NCBI GenBank assembly: GCA_048940925.1
Contig: JBHLOC010000056.1
Coordinates: 1-26,424, forward strand
Direction: 5' to 3'
Source of the DNA: Promethearchaeota archaeon
Lineage (GTDB): Archaea; Asgardarchaeota; Lokiarchaeia; Sigyniarchaeales; SOKP01
DNA: 26,424 nucleotides
The notes beneath the pieces are model-generated. The model saw nothing but the letters and a program-made list of their open reading frames with translations. It ran no database searches and was not told where the DNA came from. The position numbers and the translations under genes were made by a program. This document shows, one piece after another, positions 18,939-26,424 of this stretch. Numbering within the stretch: position 1 is the stretch's first letter; each line of letters starts with the position of its first letter.

Positions 18939-20900
18939 CTATACCTCTTCCAAGATTGCATCAATTTGTTTTTCATATTGAGGTTCTCTATAGTATCTTA
19001 GAGTGATTGCTTCAGAAGGACAGTTAGCTAAACAAGATCCACATCCTCTACATAATATTTCATTCACTTCAGCTCCATCATCCATAACTGTAATAGCATT
19101 GTAGGGACAATTCAGTTCACATAATCCACATTTTGCACACTTATCTTTATCTTCAACTGCTGCTCGAATTAAAAGAATACGGTATTTGTCCTTCGTCATA
19201 AGTCTAGCTATTGAAGAGGCAGCAGCTCGACCTTGGGCAATAGTTTCTACTATAGATTTAGGTCCCTGACTCACTCCAGCCAGAACTATGCCAGGAATTT
19301 TTGTATCTATTGGGTTTAACCGAGCATGAAATTCTTTGAAAAACCCATCTTGACTAGTTTCAAGCTTTAAAATTTTTTGGATGTTTTTTATGCCTTTAGG
19401 TGGCACCATTGATGCAGAGAGTATAACCAAATCATATTCTAATTCTTTCAAACCTCCTGAGCCTAGGGTATTTTGCATCATTATCTTCAGATTATGAGTG
19501 GTTGGGTCTTCTTTTATACGGCTGACATTTGTTCTTATATATTTAATACCTTCTTTTCTTGAAAGTGTGAAATATTCCTCGTAATCTTTCCCAGCAGCTC
19601 TCATGTCCATATATGCAACAGTAATATCGGCGTCTGGAGAATGTTGTTTTATTAGCTTACTATTTTTTATCGAAATCATACAACATACACCGGAACTGCA
19701 GTATGTATTCATGTTTAAATCCCTAGATCCTACACATTGAATGAATAAAATTTTCTTTGGTTCCTTACCATCAGAAGGGCGGACAATATGTCCTACTGTT
19801 GGTCCATTTGGAGCTAGCATTCTTTCAAGTTTTAATTGCGTAATAACATTTGGATATTTGTTATAACCTAAATATCCTACAGGTGGTTCAAATTCATCCC
19901 ATCCTGTAGCTACAATAATCGAACCAACTTTAAGTTCTACAATTTCGTCTTCTTGGTCAAAATCTATAGCATTTAATTCACAAACGCCTTTACATAATTC
20001 ACATTTTATACATCTTGTCATATCTATCTGAGCTAGTGAAGGGACTGCTTGAGCAAATGCTATGTATATCGCTTTTCTCGAATCCATTCCCTCATTAAAT
20101 TCATTGTATCCATATGCTGGGCATACTTCAAAACAAGCTCCACAACCATTACAATCATTATTAACATATCGGGCTTTTTTTCGAATTTTTACGGTAAAAT
20201 TTCCAACGAATCCATTAACTTCTTCTACTTCACTATATGTGTATAAATTCAATCCTACTGTTCTAGATGCTTGGAGCATAACTGGTCCCAGTATTCATAT
20301 ACTGCAATCATCTGTGGGAAATGTTCGATCCAATTTTGCCATTTTTCCTCCGATTGTAGGACTCTTTTCAACTAAATGTACTTCAAATCCTTCTTCAGCT
20401 AAATCAATTCCTGCAGATAATCCGGCAACTCCACCACCAATAATCAATGCTTTTTTCGTGATATCAACCTCTTTTATTTGAATGTGTTCTAAAACAGACG
20501 CTCTTGCCACTGACGACTTTAATTGGTCTTCTGCAACCTTTTGAGCTCCTACTTTATCTTTTCGATGAACAAAACTAGAATGTTCACGTATATTTACAAA
20601 TTCTAAAAATGAAGGATCTAAATCCATAGATTCTAATACACTTTTAAACACTGGTTCATGTGTTTTAGGAGTGCATGATGCTACTACTAGTCTATTTGCA
20701 TTATTTTCAATCATATTTTCTTTAATAAATTCAGCTCCTGGCTCGGTACAAAGACTAATATATCGTTCTGCCCCAACTACATTAGGAAGTGTTTTTGAGA
20801 ATTCTACTAAGGAATTTGTATCAATAATTTCAGCAATATTTAGGCCTCAATCGCATATAGCAACGAAAATTCGTATTTCTTCACTGTTATCATTTTCCAT
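18939..20900 (-). CDS. hdrA: Selenocysteine-containing heterodisulfide reductase subunit A, 653 aa, Sec18 and Sec202
   Basis: One frame from ATG 20900: MENDNSEEIRIFVAICDUGLNIA...VVASCTP...IIGGGVAG...LDRTFPTDDCSIUILGP...CVGSRD, plus four ferredoxin motifs. In-frame UGA at 20847-20849 and 20295-20297 joins ORFs 20295..20714 and 18939..20279. Confidence 0.93.
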
Positions 20901-21104
20901 TGCAAATCACATCTTTTTTTACCTTTCTTGTAAATTCCTCCAATTTATAAGTTATTTTTCTAAACCTAACTGTATTGTTTTAGTTAAATAAATTTATATC
21001 AAAAATGTTTCTTATATCTTTTATAATATAAATAGTTAAAAGTAGTTTTAAAAATAAATTTAATTTTTAAAATCTAAGAAAATAAGCTTTTAGGTGATTT
21101 TTGT

Positions 21105-21494
21105 ATGATTTTTCAAGGTGGCATGGGAGGAATCGAGATCATTATTATTACACTAGTCTTAATTTTAGGCAGTATTTTATTATTCAAAATTGGGTTGGTT
21201 ATAACAAAAGCTCAAGAAAAAACTAATATGAAATGGGTAGCTGTGAGTTTTGGAATACTATTTGGTGTTACTCTTTTTATTAGTTTGCCCTTATCTATGA
21301 CTTCTTCTGAAAGGGGACCAGACCCTCTTATTATAATACTGGTTATTATCTTTTCTGGTCTCCTAATTACTAATATAATAAACATCATTCATAAAATTGG
21401 CTTAAAACGTTCCTTTGTATTAATGATTTTAATTCTTGCACCTATTGCTTTTACAATGGCTATAATATTTTCGGGAGGAACTGTATTTAGGTAA
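21105..21494 (+). CDS. Small multi-pass membrane protein, unknown function
   Basis: Four hydrophobic segments; RBS GGTGA at 21093-21097. Confidence 0.75.
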   Translation: MIFQGGMGGIEIIIITLVLILGSILLFKIGLVITKAQEKTNMKWVAVSFGILFGVTLFISLPLSMTSSERGPDPLIIILVIIFSGLLITNIINIIHKIGLKRSFVLMILILAPIAFTMAIIFSGGTVFR

Positions 21495-21510
21495 AACTTT
21501 CAAGGTTCTG

Positions 21511-22431
21511 TTAGATTCCAATTTCTTTATTTATCTTTAGATTCATATCAATAATCTCGTCTCTAGCTGCTTTACTGAATTCCCTTTCGGAAAATTTATT
21601 ACTTTTATTATAAGCATATATTATACTTCGAGATGAATTTACTATTCCACCCAATCCTTTTTCAAAAAAACCATATTTAATATCTTGTGCTTGAGCTCCC
21701 TGTCTTCCATAACCTGGGATTAGAATAAATGAATTCTTTACAATATGTCTGATTTCTCTTAATTCATTAGGGTATGTAGCTCCAACTACTGCTCCTAAAT
21801 TCACAAATGAATTAAATTTCTGTAATGGTATTGACCATTCTCTTACCAATTCTGCCATATTAATATAGTTTCTTTTTAAAATCTTTTCTTCAGTTTTATA
21901 TTCGAACTCACGATCAGATATATTTTCTATTCTAGTGCTGAATAAATTTTGAAAATCATTACTGCTTGGATTTGACGTTTTCACCAGTACAAACAAACCT
22001 TTTTCTTTATATTCTAAAAAGGGTTTAACGCCATCAAATCCTAAGTATGCATTTATAGTACACGCATCTGAATTAAAATTTTTAAACATAGAATAAGCAT
22101 ACGCTTCAGAAGTTGATCCGATATCATTCCTTTTTGAATCTAAGATAACTAATAAATCATTTTTATGGGCATATTTTATTGTTTCTTTCAAAGCGGTTAA
22201 AGCTTCGTATTTTTCGTAAAATGCAATTTGAGGTTTTACAACAGGAATTAAATCAAAGGTACTTTCAATTAGTTCCTTATTAAATTCTAATATAATTTTA
22301 TCAGAATTACTGTATTCTTCAATTAAATATCGGGGAATTTCCCCCTCTTTATCCATTCTGGGATCAAGTCCCATAGAAACAACGCTTCGTTTTTCTTTAA
22401 TTAATTGAATTAACTTCTCAATAAAATACAT
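21511..22431 (-). CDS. pyrF: Orotidine 5'-phosphate decarboxylase
   Basis: GLDP, KPQIAFYE, LDSKRNDIGST, VKTSNP, GAVVGATYP, LIPGYGRQG, NSSRSIIYA. Confidence 0.96.
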   Translation of the reverse strand: MYFIEKLIQLIKEKRSVVSMGLDPRMDKEGEIPRYLIEEYSNSDKIILEFNKELIESTFDLIPVVKPQIAFYEKYEALTALKETIKYAHKNDLLVILDSKRNDIGSTSEAYAYSMFKNFNSDACTINAYLGFDGVKPFLEYKEKGLFVLVKTSNPSSNDFQNLFSTRIENISDREFEYKTEEKILKRNYINMAELVREWSIPLQKFNSFVNLGAVVGATYPNELREIRHIVKNSFILIPGYGRQGAQAQDIKYGFFEKGLGGIVNSSRSIIYAYNKSNKFSEREFSKAARDEIIDMNLKINKEIGI

Positions 22432-22471
22432 AATAAGGATAAATTATTTGTATTTTTTAATTAATATTAGC

Positions 22472-22540
22472 TGCAACTTTCAATAAAAAATGAGACTTTT
22501 GCAAAAATAAATGAGACCAATTTCAAAAATAAATGAGACT
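22472..22540 (+). repeat. Three direct repeats CAAWAAWAAATGAGAC at 21-22 bp period after TGCAACTT; possible transposon end
   Basis: Copies at 22481-22496, 22502-22517 and 22524-22539; the last two are identical. Confidence 0.7.
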
Positions 22541-22819
22541 TCCAAATTATACTCCGTTCGAAAACATGTTCTATAATTTTTATGATGTAAGGCCATAAAT
22601 ATCCCAACTTTTCTTAGATTTCTCATTTATATCTTTTAAATTTTACTCAAATAAGCAAAGCTCTCATTTGATTAAATTCTTTTTCTTATATATTTAAATA
22701 ATCTTCATGTATATATCTTTTTCTATTAGATTAAGTCCATAATAACAAAGGTAAGTTTATATGAATTTTCAGCAGACTGAAACATCATTTAAAAATTATG
22801 TTTTTTAAATTTAGAATGA

Positions 22820-23203
22820 ATTAATAATTTCTGTATATATCTCTTTCGAGGTATTATCTCTAATATATTTTATGAAACATTCTCAATTACCGAAAAACAA
22901 GTTTCTAAAGATTTAGGTATTTACATTCAGCCAATTAACCAAGGGACCTCCTATCACTGTGAATTCGATCTTTTTTACGACCCTACTAATAATATGGAAA
23001 AAATGAATGTTAAAGCAAATTTGTTAAAATTGAGTACTAAACTAATAAATTCTGGTGCATTTTTTAATAGACCATATGGTATTTTGACAAAAAAAATTTA
23101 TAAAAATCATGATGATTCAACGAAGATGGCATTAAAAAAAGTGAAAAAGATTTTTGATCCTAATAATGTTCTAAATCCGGGAGTTTTATGTTTTGATGTT
23201 TAA
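22820..23203 (+). pseudogene. 3' fragment of an FAD-linked oxidoreductase (FAD-oxidase C-terminal region)
   Basis: The frame is open from 22820 with no ATG until 22994: ...DLGIYIQPINQGTSYHCEFDLFYDP...GAFFNRPYG...KKIFDPNNVLNPG. The FAD-binding N-terminal domain is absent. Confidence 0.7.
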
Positions 23204-23379
23204 TGGTTACGATTATATCCAATTAACTTATAAAATTTTAAAACTAGATTAGAGATTTTGGGAAAAGCGTGTTATTAATTTTTTAGGGGAAGAGTTGCAC
23301 TAATATTTAGTTTCTGGGCGTGAATCTGTAATTTGAATAAATGTATTTATAATTGACGAGGGATAATATTATAATTGAG

Positions 23380-24204
23380 ATGAAAACAAAGTTTGACAAT
23401 TCTCATATGATGATCTTTTTGTTAGAGGAATGTAATTTTTCATGTAATCATTGTGTACGAATAGATGAACCTATGCCTGTTGGTTATAAATTATCTTATG
23501 AGCAACTTAAGTTGTGTTTATCAGATTGTCGTAAATTAGAAACAATAGAATGGGTTCACTTTTCTGGTGGTGAGCCAACTTTATGGTCAGATGGAGAATT
23601 AAATTTGGTGGATCTTTTAATTGAGATTTCTAAGTCTGATTTCGATCCTGGTTTTACAACAAATGGTAGTAATTTCATTGATTATAAAAAATGTTATGAA
23701 CTTTTTCAAAGATATTTTAATAATGCAAATAAACGCTTACGTCTTTATCTCAGCATTGACACATTTCATCAAAATTTTGATGCTCAAAAAGGAAGAGCAA
23801 AAAGTCTTGACAATGTTATTAAATATAAATCAACTCTCCCATCCGAGAAGAAAAAATTGTTTAATATAATTGTGTTAACTATAATATCTAAAGATTCAAA
23901 GTCATTACTTCCAAAAGAAATGATTGAACATTACCAATCCCTAGGGTTAATATTCTCTTTTCTCCCATTAAGAGCTGTAGGTAGGGCAAAATCACTTAGT
24001 CATTTATGTCCTAATCTTAAAAGTGATAAACGTGAAGAACTGGGGGCCTATTATCCTTTTCATCAAAATAAAGAAAGGAATGAAAGAGTCACATGGAAAA
24101 ATCTTGTTCTTATTGGTAATGATTACTATTTACCTAATCCTTGGTATAAAATTGTAAGTCTTGGACATTTACCACCAAGAATTATTGATATGTATAAAAA
24201 GTAA
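23380..24204 (+). CDS. Radical SAM protein
   Basis: CNFSCNHC, FSGGEP, TTNG, LSIDTFH, VGRA. ATG at 23380; TTG at 23353 is an alternative start. Confidence 0.88.
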   Translation: MKTKFDNSHMMIFLLEECNFSCNHCVRIDEPMPVGYKLSYEQLKLCLSDCRKLETIEWVHFSGGEPTLWSDGELNLVDLLIEISKSDFDPGFTTNGSNFIDYKKCYELFQRYFNNANKRLRLYLSIDTFHQNFDAQKGRAKSLDNVIKYKSTLPSEKKKLFNIIVLTIISKDSKSLLPKEMIEHYQSLGLIFSFLPLRAVGRAKSLSHLCPNLKSDKREELGAYYPFHQNKERNERVTWKNLVLIGNDYYLPNPWYKIVSLGHLPPRIIDMYKK

Positions 24205-24424
24205 AAGGGAAAGTTCAAAGTAATTAATCAGAGAATTTTTTGAATGCGATTACTAAAATAGATTTTAGACTTTTCATACATTATTAATTCATTTTCCTTG
24301 CTTGATTGAATAAACTTTTCTTGTTTATTTATACGATGTAGGGATTTTATCTCATTTATATTTATTGAATTTTTATTGAATTTTTCAGTGGTTATTATTA
24401 TAAATAGAGAAGTAAAATAAATTA

Positions 24425-24706
24425 TTATTGATCTTTCTTAAACTCTTCAAATTCATCAATAATTCTATAGATCTCATCAATTAGATCATCGATTAATATA
24501 GTATTTTGCTCTTCGGATACCATATTTTTTACAGTTACTCGATTCTTTTCCATTTCATCTGGTCCAACAATTAAAGCAATCAGCACTCCTAATTCATTTG
24601 CTCTTTTTAATTGATTTTTTAGATTTTTAAACCTGTAATCAACTAAACAAGGAAAATCTTCATTACGAATAATTCTAATTATTACTTCTTTGGTTGTATT
24701 ATACAT
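24425..24706 (-). pseudogene. Isolated anticodon-binding-domain fragment resembling the histidyl-tRNA synthetase C-terminus
   Basis: LKNQLKRANELG...LIVGPDEMEKNRVTVKNMVSEEQ matches the HGTP anticodon-binding domain. There is no catalytic domain upstream (poly-A, then a divergent SDR gene). Confidence 0.65.
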
Positions 24707-24765
24707 AAGATATTTATTTCCTTTTTTTTTTTAATAAATACCATATATGATTATCAAAACGGTAG

Positions 24766-25563
24766 ATGAAAATGAACAATTCATATGTAGTAACAGGTGG
24801 TGGACGTGGTATAGGAAAAGCGATTGTCCAACAACTTCTTAATAATGCAAATAACTCAGTTGTAATTATTGAACGTGATCAATCTTCTATAAAGTGGATA
24901 GAGAACCATCCAGACAAGTCTTGTATTCAAATCGTATTAGGTAACGCAAGAGAAGAACATATCACTAATCAAGCTTCTGATCAAGCTCAAAAAGTGGGAA
25001 AGCTCGTTGGATGGGTCAACAATGCAGCTGTATTTAATGATTTATCAATTCATTCTTGTCTTATGCATGAAATGTTAAATGCAATAGAAGAAAATCTAAG
25101 TCTTGCTTTAGTTGGTTGTGCAACGGCAGTAAAATGTTATCTCAGGACTAAAACAAGTGGATCTATCGTTAATATATCCTCTCATCAAGCTCAAAGACCA
25201 GTAAGAGGTTCTTTACCATATTCAACAGCCAAAGCTGCAATTGAAGGTCTGACACGAGCACTCGCAGTGGATTATGGCCCTTTAGGAATCCGAATAAATG
25301 CAGTAGCTTTAGGATCAATCACGACTGAACGATTTGAAAAGTATATTTCTGAACAAACTCATGAAGAAGTTGAGCGTATTCAAAGTCAGATTCGAAGAAT
25401 ACATCCAATTGGTAGAATTGGTCAACCAGAAGAAGTCGCAAAAGTAGTCGATTTTCTCTTGTCAAGCGATGCAAGTTTTATTAACGGTGCGGTGATTCCA
25501 GTCGATGGCGGGCGTTCAGTGTTGGGATTTGATCCAGAGGAAAAAGTCAATATAACTGATTAA
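24766..25563 (+). CDS. Short-chain dehydrogenase/reductase (classical SDR)
   Basis: TGGGRGIG, VNNAA, IVNISS, YSTAK, GIRINAV, PIGRIGQPEEVA, VDGG. Confidence 0.93.
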   Translation: MKMNNSYVVTGGGRGIGKAIVQQLLNNANNSVVIIERDQSSIKWIENHPDKSCIQIVLGNAREEHITNQASDQAQKVGKLVGWVNNAAVFNDLSIHSCLMHEMLNAIEENLSLALVGCATAVKCYLRTKTSGSIVNISSHQAQRPVRGSLPYSTAKAAIEGLTRALAVDYGPLGIRINAVALGSITTERFEKYISEQTHEEVERIQSQIRRIHPIGRIGQPEEVAKVVDFLLSSDASFINGAVIPVDGGRSVLGFDPEEKVNITD

Positions 25564-25800
25564 TTTTACTCAATTAAGAAAGTGAATTTGAATGATAAAG
25601 ATATCCAAATTTAATAAAATCATAAATATTAATAAATTAAATTTGAAAATCAAAAATAATTTTGTCTTAAATATAATTAATTATCATTAAAAAAGAGTTT
25701 TCCCAATCAATAATTTAAGGACAACAGGAGAAACCACAAAATGCAGCTCGTAAAAAACAAAAGCAAAAATCAAAGAAATATTAAAATTCGAATTCCAAAT

Positions 25801-26418
25801 TTAGACCCTTAGCGAGCCACGGAACGCCCTAGCGCTATAGAAAGAGGGTGCACTGTTATGATACACGAAAACGTGGTCGTAGCGGCGATCAGCAAAGATA
25901 GCGCCGCCGAGTTTTCTAATATCAGAAGGAGTTTTCACCCAGCTAGACGTCTTCGTATCGAAATTTCCAAGTTTCTGCAACTCTCGATATTGCTCTTCCG
26001 TTAAAAGCTCAATGCCCATGGCAGTTGCTATATCAATAGCGTTTCCTGCTGGATGTACCCCTTTCTTTTCCCTCGCCTCCTGCCCTTTACGGTCATAACA
26101 AACATTTCTGCGTCCTTTAGGACTTTCAGCTGAACAATCATTAAAAATATATTCATCGGTCTTTTTATCATAACCAATAATATCTGGTTCACCCCCAGTT
26201 CTTTCCATTTCATTGAGTGACCACAGTTTTTCAGGATTTACTTCCAGCTTCGCTTGTACTTTAGCCCATTCAAAGTCTTTATGGCGGTTCATGTTTTTTT
26301 CAAAGCGGGCTTTCAATGTTTTAAGTAGTTCTTCACGTTCTTCTGGTGACAAATCTTTTTTGATGATGATGATTTTTTCGATAATTTTTTTTGTCTTTGA
26401 TGGCTTGGGCATAATCAT
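25801..26418 (-). CDS. DUF4256-family protein
   Basis: LKARFEKNMNRH, SLNEMERTGGEPD, CSAESPKGRR, LLTEEQYRELQKLGNFDTKTSSW, FRGSLRV; recognised from memory as this mostly bacterial family. Confidence 0.8.
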   Translation of the reverse strand: MIMPKPSKTKKIIEKIIIIKKDLSPEEREELLKTLKARFEKNMNRHKDFEWAKVQAKLEVNPEKLWSLNEMERTGGEPDIIGYDKKTDEYIFNDCSAESPKGRRNVCYDRKGQEAREKKGVHPAGNAIDIATAMGIELLTEEQYRELQKLGNFDTKTSSWVKTPSDIRKLGGAIFADRRYDHVFVYHNSAPSFYSARAFRGSLRV

Positions 26419-26424
26419 AGTATT

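Noticed and set aside
18461-20900. hdrA/vhuD as pseudogenes, or genome-wide UGA reassignment
   Set aside because: All four UGAs sit at conserved Cys sites and a SECIS follows, while UGA is an ordinary stop in hisG, the GNAT gene and the ferredoxin.
22481-22539. Mini CRISPR array
   Set aside because: 16-bp repeats with only 5-6 bp between them; no spacers of CRISPR length and no cas genes.
22621-24359. Scattered inverted TCTCATTTAT copies (22621, 24350) as the partner transposon end
   Set aside because: They are not arrayed, and the same 10-mer occurs inside hisD, so this is chance level for such AT-rich DNA.
902-26213. Short overlapping ORFs in the track (902..1123, 2197..2409, 3476..3808, 5972..6199, 6895..7215, 9936..10163, 11073..11408, 12811..13194, 13306..13560, 13669..13884, 15241..15489, 15751..15978, 18149..18379, 20049..20246, 20062..20481, 20671..20991, 23621..23869, 26028..26213)
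   Set aside because: Antisense or alternate-frame shadows of well-supported genes, with no recognisable motifs.

Overview
AT-rich archaeal chromosome segment, most likely from an Asgard archaeon of the Lokiarchaeia (inferred from a gelsolin-domain protein, HEAT+LRR paralogs, an archaeal DNA ligase and AMP phosphorylase, and Sec-type HdrA/VhuD with a eukaryote-like SECIS). Core genes: hisG-hisD-hisC, lig, AOR with ferredoxin, AMP phosphorylase, an M24 peptidase, hdrA-vhuD and pyrF. A patchy accessory region (about 22.47-26.4 kb) follows, with transposon-end-like repeats, gene fragments, a radical SAM, an SDR and a DUF4256 gene. Best observation: the apparently split AMP phosphorylase gene carries a 30-nt in-frame, stop-containing insert (13177-13206) inside its DKHSTGG active-site motif. 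The insert folds into a bulge-helix-bulge (BHB) whose canonical cut sites restore the motif exactly, so it is a candidate tRNA-endonuclease-type intron in an Asgard mRNA. Second: hdrA and a vhuD missing from the ORF track each carry two in-frame UGA (Sec) codons. The only SECIS I found lies directly after vhuD, and a decayed copy of it lies about 960 nt further downstream.
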